DNA from: an uncultured Bdellovibrionales bacterium | GTDB lineage: Bacteria; Patescibacteriota; Minisyncoccia; Moranbacterales; UBA1568 | NCBI GenBank assembly: GCA_964612055.1 | Contig: CAZTBI010000003.1 | Coordinates: 40,268 to 104,267 of the forward strand | DNA: 64,000 bases | Reading direction: 5' to 3' | Shown: one piece after another, positions 1 to 8,866 of the stretch | Layout of the letters: each line of letters opens with the position of its first letter | How positions within the stretch are numbered: the first letter of the stretch is position 1 | Translations under genes and position numbers: made by a program | The notes under the pieces: model-generated | The model's input: the letters and a program-made list of their open reading frames with translations, nothing else | Database searches by the model: none | Told to the model about the DNA's origin: nothing

Positions 1-802
1 TTTCAAAAAGAAGTCGTAGTGCTTGAAGAGAAGTCGCAAGCGGTGTGCGGGTACTAAAATATATCTCCCAGCCTTCTTTCGTTTTCACGCGCAGCTCGTT
101 CGCAAAGCGGGAAGCGAGCATCATTTCGTTTTCTGTATCAATACCAAACTGTTCCTGGAGCGAGGACTGGAGCGAGGTGGTCAACAGCATAAACGGAGCA
201 TCATAAATCTCGCCTCCAAAACGAAGCGGTTCAGAACTTTCATCCCGAAGATACAGTGTCCGCAAATGATTCCCTTCTTCCTCATACGCCGCTGTTATCG
301 GCACCACACTGCCATCTTCGAGAACATGACCGCACAGGGATGCGACGCACCAGAGGATAATCCGCTCGCGCTCCTCTACCGTTATCTCAAGCTTGTCAGG
401 AAACACCCGCTTTGCAACGACACTCTGTATCAAAGGATAGCGCTCCTTGAGGAGGCGTTCGAGTTTTACTGGCTGAATAAGGAAAAAACTCCCGCGCGGG
501 ATGAAGCCAAGATACTTCTGTGAAAGTTCCTGATCCACCGTCTCTCGAAAACGCGCCTCTTCTACCAGAGACAGTCCCTGTACGCGCCACTCTGCCAATG
601 CGAGGTACGAAGAGAAAATAAGGGCATACCCCACCGTTCCAAAAAAAAGAAGCCAGAGAAAAAGAACTCCAAGCAAAGACGATGAAGAACCCTGGTGTGA
701 TTCCAGGCGTTCTTTGCGTGGGACAGCATTCTTCCCAGACGTCGTCTTTGGAAGAAACTTCCCGCGCTCTTTTTTCAATTGCGATTTCCACAAAAAACGC
801 AT
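1..802 (-). CDS. cell division protein FtsQ/DivIB-like, 5' part only (runs off the window at coordinate 1)
   Basis: My own translation of the minus strand from ATG ~802, in a frame not listed in the ORF track because it has no stop inside the window. It reads MRFLWKSQLKKERGKF, then a TM helix LLGVLFLWLLFFGTVGYALIF, then a POTRA-like stretch KLERLLKERYPLIQSVVAKRVFPDKLEITVEERERIILWC. Position downstream of holB in a cell-wall/division gene run. Confidence 0.55.
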   Translation of the reverse strand, partial: MRFLWKSQLKKERGKFLPKTTSGKNAVPRKERLESHQGSSSSLLGVLFLWLLFFGTVGYALIFSSYLALAEWRVQGLSLVEEARFRETVDQELSQKYLGFIPRGSFFLIQPVKLERLLKERYPLIQSVVAKRVFPDKLEITVEERERIILWCVASLCGHVLEDGSVVPITAAYEEEGNHLRTLYLRDESSEPLRFGGEIYDAPFMLLTTSLQSSLQEQFGIDTENEMMLASRFANELRVKTKEGWEIYFSTRTPLATSLQALRLLFE

Positions 803-822
803 GCTGATATCTTTTGTATTTT

Positions 823-1734
823 TTACACTGCCAAAAAGATCTTCTCGAGAAGCAGTCTGGCGTTACTCTGTGTTGTTTTGAGCAGTCTCATTGTTTTCTC
901 CACTTCATCAAGAAGAGCGAAGAATCTCACTGTTCCTCTTTTTTCACTCACTAGAAGTGCCTGACGATGAAGTCCTGGAAGCCACCATTCCAAAAGCCGC
1001 ACCGTTCGTTCCGTATGCGATCCTAACTTTTCCGCCAAAGACAGCCGGTCGGCAAGAGGCAGAGTCGAAAGACGAAACAATTGCCCCAAAAGTTCTCGCT
1101 CAAGCGTGAAGGCTGCCGGATCATTCAAGGCCGAGAGTACCATCCCTGGTCGGCCCAAAGCAAAAAAGAAAGGTGCCACTTGGGAGAGTTCTTTTTCATC
1201 ATACAGTGAAGCAACGGCGTCAAAGAGGATTTTCTCTGGCACAAAATCAAAACGGACTCTTTTGACACGAGAAAGGACTGTCGAAAGCATGTTCCCCACT
1301 TCGTGAGTCAGGAGGATAATGACCGCCGTCGACTGCGGCTCTTCCAAAGTCTTCAAAAGGACATTCTGTGCCGTTTCCGAAAGCGTATGCGCATCCTCGA
1401 TAATGAGTACTCGAAAACCACCGGATACCGGAAAATGAGAAAGGAAGCCTAAACTTTCACGAACAGCTTCAGCAGAAATATTCCTCAACTTGGTCACGCC
1501 TCGCTTTGTTTCTACCAAGGGTCGCAAAATTTTGACATCAAAAGGGTGCGGCTTGTCCTCGCTTGGTTCGAAATCGGGCTCTTTGGCCAAAAGTGAAGCA
1601 AACTCCAGAGCACAAAGACTCTTTCCTATGCCGCGCGGCCCGGTAAAAAGATAAGCTTGAGCAATATTTCCCTGCCCCAAAGATGTCCGCAGCATCTTCC
1701 GTTCCTTGTGATGACCAATAATATCCATAACCAA
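823..1734 (-). CDS. holB: DNA polymerase III delta' subunit (AAA+ clamp-loader)
   Basis: Walker A motif FTGPRGIGKS, LKTLEEP motif, ~300 aa. Confidence 0.85.
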   Translation of the reverse strand: MVMDIIGHHKERKMLRTSLGQGNIAQAYLFTGPRGIGKSLCALEFASLLAKEPDFEPSEDKPHPFDVKILRPLVETKRGVTKLRNISAEAVRESLGFLSHFPVSGGFRVLIIEDAHTLSETAQNVLLKTLEEPQSTAVIILLTHEVGNMLSTVLSRVKRVRFDFVPEKILFDAVASLYDEKELSQVAPFFFALGRPGMVLSALNDPAAFTLERELLGQLFRLSTLPLADRLSLAEKLGSHTERTVRLLEWWLPGLHRQALLVSEKRGTVRFFALLDEVEKTMRLLKTTQSNARLLLEKIFLAV

Positions 1735-1738
1735 TACC

Positions 1739-2851
1739 TTACCCTACTACCCTTCTTATTCCTTCTTGAAATGATTCTTTGGTGAAATGCGCTACTGATG
1801 CTTTCATCGAATCAACACTATACGTTCCTTCTTTTTCCAAAAAGCGTCGTACTCCCTCGGCAATGATTTCTGGAGCGTTGCTATGAAAGAATTCCCCCGT
1901 TTCGCCAGAGCGGACAATCTCACGGATACCACCGTATTCAAGCGCAATCACCGGCACACCAAATGATAAGGCCTCCACCGCCACCATACCGAAATCCTCT
2001 TCTGACGGAAAAATAAGAGCCCTCGCTCCAGAATACAGCCGGGTCAATTCGTTGTCATCGACAAAACCCGTGAAACGAATGTGTTTTCCGGCTCGCTTCT
2101 GCAACCGCTCTGCTTCTGGCCCGTTGCCAACAATCACCAGTGGTAATCCGAGTTTATTGAAGGCGTCCACAACCGCATCAATCTTCTTGGACTGAGTCAA
2201 CCGAGAGACAAGCAAGAAATATTCTTTCTCTGACGGCTCCATTGGAAGAGAGTCCTTTGACCCATGAGAGAGAAAAAGTGCCCCGGGATAAATTACTTCC
2301 GCATCGCGACGATAGTATTTCTTGATGCGATCTTCTGTAAAATGAGAATTTGCGAGCAGTATATCTGGTCGTTCTGCTGCTTGCTTATCCCAGATACGGA
2401 GATAACTCATAAGCATCCGCGTAAAGATACTTCGTCTCCCTCGAGCTCCGAGCTCCTTCAGGTAGGCCTCGTGGTAATCCCAGGCATAGCGCATCGGGGA
2501 ATGGAGATAGGCAATATGCTTCGTATTGAGCCGCGTGATGATGCCTTTGCTCCAGGCACCCGAAGAAGAAATCACGAGATCGAATTCACGGAGATCAAGA
2601 CTTTCTACAGCGGCCGGGAAAAATGGGAGAAATATTCGATACCGTTTCTGGATAAAACGCGGGAGTTTCCCAAGCCAGGAAGTACAAATCTCACGTCCTT
2701 TGAAATGACTACCCATACGCTCCTCATCATAAAGCAGCGTATAAATGGGCGCTTCAGGATACATTTCACAAAGCATTTCAAAAACACGCTCGGCACCCCC
2801 ATAGGAAACGAGAAAATCATGGACTAATGCTATCTTTTTCTTCCTCGCCAT
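1739..2851 (-). CDS. GT4-family (group 1) glycosyltransferase
   Basis: GT-B C-terminal motif EDFGMVAVEALSFGVPVIALEYGGIREIV. The ORF track extends to 2875; I prefer the MARKKKIALVHD start. Confidence 0.8.
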   Translation of the reverse strand: MARKKKIALVHDFLVSYGGAERVFEMLCEMYPEAPIYTLLYDEERMGSHFKGREICTSWLGKLPRFIQKRYRIFLPFFPAAVESLDLREFDLVISSSGAWSKGIITRLNTKHIAYLHSPMRYAWDYHEAYLKELGARGRRSIFTRMLMSYLRIWDKQAAERPDILLANSHFTEDRIKKYYRRDAEVIYPGALFLSHGSKDSLPMEPSEKEYFLLVSRLTQSKKIDAVVDAFNKLGLPLVIVGNGPEAERLQKRAGKHIRFTGFVDDNELTRLYSGARALIFPSEEDFGMVAVEALSFGVPVIALEYGGIREIVRSGETGEFFHSNAPEIIAEGVRRFLEKEGTYSVDSMKASVAHFTKESFQEGIRRVVG

Positions 2852-2867
2852 TTCTGTACCCATAATA

Positions 2868-3983
2868 TTAATCATTCAATAAAACAGAAAGGTTTGCTGC
2901 GCACCCCTCCCAAGAGAATCTTTTGATATTTTCCCTACCTTTTGAAATTATACCATTTCTCATGCCCTCGTCCGAAAGGAGCTTCTGAGCCCCTTCGGCG
3001 ATACTTTCTACACTTGCAGGGTCCACAAATACCGCTCCATCCCCTGCTACTTCGGGTAAAGATGACGTACTAGATGTCACCACTGGTACCCCGACACTCT
3101 GAGCTTCCAAAACCGGTATGCCAAAACCTTCGTAGAGCGTTGGGAAAAGAAAAACATCAGCATTTTGAAGGAGTGGCCATTTCTCTTCTTCGACTACGTA
3201 TCCTTTCTCGATAATGGCGCTCTGATATTTGCTCTTTGCTATCTGTTGTTTGATTCTATCGTATCCATAGCCTGGCTTCCCAACCAAGAGAAGTTCGTGT
3301 GGTATTTGGTACTTTTCTTTCAGCATTTCAAACGCCTCGATAATTCGCACAATATTTTTTCGTTCTTCCAAGCGCCCAATAAAAAGTAAGTATGGTTTCT
3401 CCGACTTTTTTATTGATTGTTGATTGTTTTCTGGTAATTGTTTTTCGTAGCCTTCGGAGACAACGCGAATCTTTCCTTCGGACACTCCATAGAAACCCGT
3501 CACATCACGCTTGGTATTTTCTGAGACACAGATAACCGTGCTCGCTACCTGACAAGAAAACATAATCGAGTAGTGCATGTAGACCCGCTCCCAAAAAGAG
3601 TAGGCTTCTTTACAAAACTCATACTCCAAACCATGGATGGTGACGATCGTCTTCTTAGGATGGATGAGCGGTACCGTGTGCGCTGGCACAAACAAAACGT
3701 CCGGCGTATGAAAAAGCATTTCCAGTGATAATCCTATCTGGGTCCAAAAACGTGGCGCCCATAATCCGCGCACTGTCCAATTTCTCGGCAACTCAAAATC
3801 AATATCTGGAATTTTCAAAGACATACGACCGTGAGCAAAAGAAAGTTTCTTACGAACGTACAAAACCACCTCCGCATCACGAGGCAGCTCATCACGCAGG
3901 TGCTTGATCACCTGATAGCTATACTCTTCTATCCCGGTTCGTCGTTTGAGAAACGCCCGTGACGCGTCAATTCCGATGATCAT
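2868..3983 (-). CDS. GT4-family glycosyltransferase
   Basis: EGFGIPVLEAQSVGVPVVTSSTSSLPEVAGDGAVFVDP. The track start at 4055 is a TTG inside the repeat element; the likely start is MIIGIDASRAF at 3983. Confidence 0.8.
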   Translation of the reverse strand: MIIGIDASRAFLKRRTGIEEYSYQVIKHLRDELPRDAEVVLYVRKKLSFAHGRMSLKIPDIDFELPRNWTVRGLWAPRFWTQIGLSLEMLFHTPDVLFVPAHTVPLIHPKKTIVTIHGLEYEFCKEAYSFWERVYMHYSIMFSCQVASTVICVSENTKRDVTGFYGVSEGKIRVVSEGYEKQLPENNQQSIKKSEKPYLLFIGRLEERKNIVRIIEAFEMLKEKYQIPHELLLVGKPGYGYDRIKQQIAKSKYQSAIIEKGYVVEEEKWPLLQNADVFLFPTLYEGFGIPVLEAQSVGVPVVTSSTSSLPEVAGDGAVFVDPASVESIAEGAQKLLSDEGMRNGIISKGRENIKRFSWEGCAANLSVLLND

Positions 3984-4012
3984 AGAAATTCCGGTAAATT
4001 TCGAAAGCTTGG

Positions 4013-4178
4013 AAAGATATTTCTTTTCTGAACTCCCGGTTGACGTCGGTAACATTTCTGATGAATGAGCCGCTAGAAATGATTGATTCTCGATGGCTTC
4101 GAGTATGTGAGATCATTTCTCGGTCGAGAGAGTCAGAAATGTTCGACGGAAAGAAAGGGGAAGAAAAGGAATATCTTT
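4013..4178. repeat. MITE-like ~166-bp intergenic hairpin element, copy A
   Basis: Differs from copy B (18295..18460) at 3 positions. Terminal inverted repeats AAAGATATTTCTTTTC / GAAAAGGAATATCTTT. Nested internal inverted repeats AACATTTCTGA/TCAGAAATGTT, AGAAATGAT/ATCATTTCT and CTCGA/TCGAG. Confidence 0.7.
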
Positions 4179-4194
4179 TGAAGCTGCCACAAAA

Positions 4195-5223
4195 CTATTT
4201 CGCCAGCATGATACTGCGCTTGTAGAGCTCGAGGTTTTCGAGCACAATCCCCGTCCCCTTCACCACGCAAAATGCTGGATCATCCGCCACATAGCACGGC
4301 ACATTGATCGTCTTTGATATCAGCTGATCGAGATATTTCAGTTGAGCCGTTCCGCCAGAAAGCACCATCCCTTTATCCATAATATCCGCTGCCAATTCCG
4401 GCGGCGTTTCCTGAAGCACCTGCTTGATGACATTGATAATCTCACGCAGTTCATCCTGGATCGCTTCGGTGACCTCGTTCGACGAGACCGTGATCGTCTT
4501 CGGCAAACCACCCATCAGGTCCCGACCCCGAACATCCATGTGCTCCTCCTTCACCTGAGCGATAGCTGACCCGATCTTCATCTTGATCTCCTCAGCCGTT
4601 CGATCACCGATCGCCAAACTGTGTTTACGCTTGATGTAATCCGAAATGGCCTGATCGATTTTGTTCCCACCAACACGAGCACTGTGAGACGCCACCACGC
4701 CACCAAGAGAAATAATAGCAATCTCCGATGTCCCGCCGCCAATATTGATAATCATATTCCCCTGCGCTGTATGAATCGGAATACCCGCCCCGATAGCAGC
4801 AAGGATCGGCTCTTTCACTACATAGGCAGCCTTGGCTCCAGCTTTCAGTGCCGCATCGATGACCGCGCGTCGTTCAGTCGAAGTAATACCAGCAGGAATA
4901 GACAGTACCACTTCTGGACGAAAGAAACGCACTCTACCACCCACCTTGTTCAAAAAGTATTTAAGCATCGCCTCGGTAATACGGTAATCCGCGATAGCAC
5001 CATCACGCAGTGGCTGACTCGCCACAATCGTATCCGGTGTGCGACCGAGCATTTCCTTGGCTTCATTACCGACCGCGAGCACCTTGTTCTCTGTCAGTGA
5101 AATAGCAACTACCGAAGGTTCGTTAATCACCACACCTTTCCCTGGCACAAAGACCAAGGTATTGGCTGTACCCAAGTCGATCCCGATTTTCCGCAAAAAC
5201 ATGGATTTCATATCAAAACTCAT
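4195..5223 (-). CDS. mreB: rod-shape-determining actin homologue MreB
   Basis: IGIDLGTANTLVFV N-terminal actin fold; length 342 aa. Confidence 0.9.
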   Translation of the reverse strand: MSFDMKSMFLRKIGIDLGTANTLVFVPGKGVVINEPSVVAISLTENKVLAVGNEAKEMLGRTPDTIVASQPLRDGAIADYRITEAMLKYFLNKVGGRVRFFRPEVVLSIPAGITSTERRAVIDAALKAGAKAAYVVKEPILAAIGAGIPIHTAQGNMIINIGGGTSEIAIISLGGVVASHSARVGGNKIDQAISDYIKRKHSLAIGDRTAEEIKMKIGSAIAQVKEEHMDVRGRDLMGGLPKTITVSSNEVTEAIQDELREIINVIKQVLQETPPELAADIMDKGMVLSGGTAQLKYLDQLISKTINVPCYVADDPAFCVVKGTGIVLENLELYKRSIMLAK

Positions 5224-6485
5224 GACAGATCCTTTCTTTTTATCTCTGCGCCAATTTTTTGTAGGCGTTCTTCGATACGTTCATAACCACGATCTACCTG
5301 ATAAATTTCTTCGATTATGGTTTTCCCTTGAGCCGTCAGAGCCGCAATGATGAGAGCCGCCCCCGCTCGCAAATCATAGCTCTTGATCATCGTTCCCATA
5401 AGCTTTGTTTTTCCGGAAATGACTACTTGATGTGGATTGAGCACTTCAATTTTTCCACCCATCTTCTGTATCTCTGGAACATAGTTGAAGCGGCCCTCGA
5501 AAAGCGTATCAAAAACAAATGTCTCACCCTCCGCCTGGGTCGCCAAGACTCCAAAAGGCGCCTGCACATCAGTCGGCAATCCCGGATAGACGCGCGTATC
5601 GAGTTTCGTAACAGCACGTAACTTTTTTGCTGGCACGACGGTAATCTCATTTTTCTTCACGGAAAAATCAGCACCAAATTCACGGAGCTTTTCTAAGACC
5701 AGATCCAGATGTTCTTCACGAGCGTTTTTCACCGTGATCGGACTACCGGTCGCTACACCCAGGATAAGAAACGTAGCGGCTTCATTGGCATCAGGAATCA
5801 CCGCATGTTTCACACCTTTCAATTTTTTTGTTCCTTGAATTTCCAAGACATTCGTTCCGAGACCTTTGATCTTGGCTCCCATGGCCACAAGAAATTTTCC
5901 CAGATCCTCGACATGCGGTTCACAGGCAGCGATTTTGATAATTGTCTTCCCTGGCATACTGGCCGCAAGCATCATAGCATTCTCTGTCCCAGTCACTGAA
6001 AACTCGCGCAGTACCACCATAGCCGGATGACGCTTGGTAGCATCAACCACATAGCCTTTTTCTTTTGCTTGTACTCGCACGCCCATTTTCTGCAAAGCAT
6101 CGAGATGAGTATCCACCGGACGAGCACCGATGAGACAGCCACCGGGACGATAAAAAGAAAAATGATCGAAGCGCGCGGCCAGTGACCCCCATAGAAGAAT
6201 CGACGAACGAAGTTGTTTCACCAGTTCCGTATCCATTTTTTTCGGATCGATATTTTTAGCGGTGATCGCGACCGTGCGTTTCCCACGCCACTTCACTTCC
6301 GCTCCCAAGCTTTCCAAAATTTCGAGCATACGAAAAACATCCTCAATCAAAGGGATATTGCTAATCACACAGGTCTCTTTGGTCAGAAGCGTGGCAGCCA
6401 AAATCGGCGTCGTGGCATTCTTTGAACCACAGACGATTATCTCGCCTTTAAGCCTTTTTCCACCCTGTATTTCAAAAACTTCCAT
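5220..6485 (-). CDS. murA: UDP-N-acetylglucosamine 1-carboxyvinyltransferase
   Basis: MEVFEIQGGKRLKGEIIVCGSKNA matches the MurA N-terminus; ~420 aa. The track start at 6521 is a TTG that is actually the -35 element. Confidence 0.9.
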   Translation of the reverse strand: MEVFEIQGGKRLKGEIIVCGSKNATTPILAATLLTKETCVISNIPLIEDVFRMLEILESLGAEVKWRGKRTVAITAKNIDPKKMDTELVKQLRSSILLWGSLAARFDHFSFYRPGGCLIGARPVDTHLDALQKMGVRVQAKEKGYVVDATKRHPAMVVLREFSVTGTENAMMLAASMPGKTIIKIAACEPHVEDLGKFLVAMGAKIKGLGTNVLEIQGTKKLKGVKHAVIPDANEAATFLILGVATGSPITVKNAREEHLDLVLEKLREFGADFSVKKNEITVVPAKKLRAVTKLDTRVYPGLPTDVQAPFGVLATQAEGETFVFDTLFEGRFNYVPEIQKMGGKIEVLNPHQVVISGKTKLMGTMIKSYDLRAGAALIIAALTAQGKTIIEEIYQVDRGYERIEERLQKIGAEIKRKDLS

Positions 6486-6492
6486 ACTGGCT

Positions 6493-6521
6493 AGTATAGC
6501 CCAGGGTAAGGCACTTTTCAA
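6493..6521 (-). promoter_or_regulatory. sigma70-like promoter of murA (leaderless arrangement)
   Basis: Minus strand TTGAAA-17 nt-TATACT. The -10 ends 7 nt upstream of the murA ATG, with no Shine-Dalgarno. Confidence 0.6.
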
Positions 6522-6693
6522 GTCTCGGGAAATTTTAAACGGCTGGGAGAAGTTTTTCTCGGCCAGCCGTGATTTTTGCCATTCTAATGGCGAGAGTATG
6601 GGAACATACCCTGCTTGTTTTTGTTTTGGTTTTTATTTTTAAAGGACTTGTGGGAAATTTTCCCGAGAGAAAGCACTGTTAATGCACTCTCTC

Positions 6694-6735
6694 GGAAAAA
6701 AGAAAACGGGTGTTTCACCCCCTGGAAACACCCGT
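6694..6735 (-). terminator. rho-independent terminator after trxB
   Basis: Minus strand ACGGGTGTTTC-loop-GAAACACCCGT followed by TTTTCTTTTTT. Confidence 0.8.
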
Positions 6736-6785
6736 CCTCTTACTTGTAAATACAGTATAGCACGTTTTTTCACTCTTGTAAAGAG

Positions 6786-7709
6786 CTACTTCCCCTTTCG
6801 GACGAAATCGTACGCTGAAAGTGCGGCCGTCACACCAACACCGGCGGAAATATTATTTTGCTTGTAGGGAAGATCGGTCGCATCACCGGTCGCAAAGATG
6901 CCCGGTCGCGATGTCGCAGCAGTTCTCGCATCAACAATAATCTCGCCGCGCTCATTGAGATCTATGATGTCTTTCACAAATTCCGTGTTCGGCACCATTC
7001 CAATTTCTACGAATACGCCATCAAGCATGATATCTTCCGGTGTATTCGTTTCGCTATTGAGAGCTGTGATACCTGTCACCTTTCCCTCCCCCAAGATCGC
7101 CTGGGTCGTCATGTGGTAACGGACGCTCACTTTTGGTGAAGCGAGAATCTTTTCTTGGGTCACGGCATCACCCTTCAATTCTCCGGAACGAACAAGGAGT
7201 ACGATCTCTCCGGCATACGGCATGAGATCCTCTACTGCCTCCAAAGCAGAGTTGCCACTTCCAACGACTGCCACTTTCTTATTACGGAAAAATGGCGCAT
7301 CACAAGTCGAACAAAACACAACACCCTTCCCAACGAACTGTTCTTCACCTGGTACACCCAGATGACGATGTCGTCCACCGGAAGCAACGATGATCGTCTT
7401 TGTTTCGTAACGCTCACCATTTTCAGTTTCTACGATATAACCACCTTCGGTTCTTTCCGAAACCTTGCTCGCTTTGGTTCCAGTTTTTATCTCAATACTT
7501 TCCTGAGCCCGTAAATGCTTCTCAAGCATCTGCCCAAATTCATAGCCCGGTACCGTCACTGTCCCGATCCAGTTTTCAATGGAAGCTGAAACGACTGACT
7601 GACTCAAAAAATCCTGCGTCAAAAAAAGTGTCTTCATCTGCTTGCGTGCCGTATACACCCCCGCTGCTATCCCTCCGGGTCCCCCACCGATGATAATACA
7701 ATCGTACAT
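6786..7709 (-). CDS. trxB: thioredoxin-disulfide reductase
   Basis: FAD site GGGPGG, redox-active CSTC (CxxC), second NAD(P)-binding site VVGSGNSALE; 307 aa. Confidence 0.85.
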   Translation of the reverse strand: MYDCIIIGGGPGGIAAGVYTARKQMKTLFLTQDFLSQSVVSASIENWIGTVTVPGYEFGQMLEKHLRAQESIEIKTGTKASKVSERTEGGYIVETENGERYETKTIIVASGGRHRHLGVPGEEQFVGKGVVFCSTCDAPFFRNKKVAVVGSGNSALEAVEDLMPYAGEIVLLVRSGELKGDAVTQEKILASPKVSVRYHMTTQAILGEGKVTGITALNSETNTPEDIMLDGVFVEIGMVPNTEFVKDIIDLNERGEIIVDARTAATSRPGIFATGDATDLPYKQNNISAGVGVTAALSAYDFVRKGK

Positions 7710-7735
7710 AGATTTATTTAAAAAATGGTTATTGT

Positions 7736-7777
7736 TTAAAAAAAGAAGGAGGTTCCGTCAAACACGGTTGCCTCCTT
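7736..7777 (-). terminator. rho-independent terminator after the SDR gene
   Basis: Minus strand AGGAGG-caaccgtgtttgacggaa-CCTCCT followed by TCTTTTTTT. Confidence 0.7.
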
Positions 7778-7781
7778 TTCA

Positions 7782-8546
7782 TCAACGATAGCCTCCGTCA
7801 ATCATGAGATTTTGGCCATAGATATACGAACCACCAGAACCCGCAATGAAAGCAACGAATGCTGCCACTTCTGCCGGCTCGGCAAAACGACCACTCCAGA
7901 TTTTAGCCATCTCAGCTGCCCGCTCTTCATCTGGCAAGGTATCGTTCATGCTCGTATTGATCCAACCAGGTGCCACACCGTTGATACGAATACCGAACTT
8001 GGCATAGTACTCTGCGATGGTACGCATCATGTGCGCTTGCGCAGCCTTGGAAGCATCGTAGTGAACCGAAATCTGTGACTGAGAATTCACTCCATTGGTT
8101 GATGTGATCAACACGATCGAACCCTTGGTACCAGCGTCTCTCATACGGTTGGCAATGACTCTGGTAGAGAAGAAACAGCCGTGGACATTCACATCAAAAA
8201 CCTTCTCCCATTCGTCCTGAGTCTGTTCTTCAAGCGGAGTATTAGGTGAGGTGCCGATAGCATTCACTGCTACCGATATCTCCATTCCTGTAGCCGCCAC
8301 AGCCGCGGTCAGGAAATCAGCTACTTCTTTTTCATCACGCTGCTGCATAGAGCCGATGAAGACCTTCACGCCCAAAGCTTCAATCTCTGCCTTCAGAGTT
8401 TCAGCAACCTCTTGGTTGCGACCATAGGTGAAGCTCACGGCGCTAGCGCCATTGGCCACCAAAGCTCGAACAACTTCTGAGCCGATACCGCCGCTTCCAC
8501 CAAGAACGAGAGCGTGACCGGTGACTTTTGAAAGGTACTTGTCCAT
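7782..8546 (-). CDS. short-chain dehydrogenase/reductase (SDR) family oxidoreductase
   Basis: Rossmann motif LVLGGSGGIGSEVVRAL; start chosen at MDKYLSKVTG because the track start at 8645 overlaps the csoR-like gene. Confidence 0.75.
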   Translation of the reverse strand: MDKYLSKVTGHALVLGGSGGIGSEVVRALVANGASAVSFTYGRNQEVAETLKAEIEALGVKVFIGSMQQRDEKEVADFLTAAVAATGMEISVAVNAIGTSPNTPLEEQTQDEWEKVFDVNVHGCFFSTRVIANRMRDAGTKGSIVLITSTNGVNSQSQISVHYDASKAAQAHMMRTIAEYYAKFGIRINGVAPGWINTSMNDTLPDEERAAEMAKIWSGRFAEPAEVAAFVAFIAGSGGSYIYGQNLMIDGGYR

Positions 8547-8584
8547 ATGTGTTTTCTCCGTTTGGTTTGGGTTACAAAAAGGTA

Positions 8585-8833
8585 CTATTGCATTTTGAAA
8601 AGGGATTTGAGATAGGCTTCGTCGATCTTCTTCTTGCCATCCCACTTGCAGGCGATGTCATCCTTCAAGAGCTCTACCCCGAGCATGGCTACCGCTTCGC
8701 GGATCGCTGTTACCTGGGTGATCACTTTGAGACAATCCTGCTTTTCTTCCACCATACGCCGAATACCCTTCAACTGTCCTTCGATGCGCGCGATACGCGA
8801 CAGGACGGGACTGGTTTTTTTGGTCGTTGGCAT
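8585..8833 (-). CDS. CsoR/RcnR/FrmR-family (DUF156) sensor-type transcriptional repressor
   Basis: 82 aa. RIARIEGQLKGIRRMVEE ... C ... DIAC helical-bundle signature. Metal-ligand positions read x-C-D-C (Asp where CsoR has His). Palindromic operator lies immediately upstream. Confidence 0.75.
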   Translation of the reverse strand: MPTTKKTSPVLSRIARIEGQLKGIRRMVEEKQDCLKVITQVTAIREAVAMLGVELLKDDIACKWDGKKKIDEAYLKSLFKMQ

Positions 8834-8845
8834 AGGCTTAGAAAA

Positions 8846-8866
8846 ATATACCCTCTGGGGGTATAT
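8846..8866. promoter_or_regulatory. CsoR-type operator palindrome overlapping the -10 of the csoR-like promoter
   Basis: ATATACCC-TCTGG-GGGTATAT, a 21-bp inverted repeat. It closely resembles the published GTA-rich/C-G tract CsoR operators (TACCC...GGGTA) from memory. It overlaps TAATAT (-10, ~8863-8868), with TTGACC (-35, ~8886-8891) 17 nt upstream. Confidence 0.7.

Noticed and set aside
23-791. Track ORFs 23..523 (+) and 396..791 (-)
   Set aside because: Both lie in frames other than the long open minus-strand frame that encodes the FtsQ/DivIB-like protein (POTRA motif), and neither has any recognisable motif. They are out-of-frame or antisense artefacts.
4040-4225. Small plus-strand ORFs 4040..4225 and 18322..18516 with identical 46-aa N-termini
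   Set aside because: Both start with TTG inside the MITE-like repeat. Their identity reflects the repeated DNA, not a conserved protein. They are purine-tract rich and have no Shine-Dalgarno or promoter.
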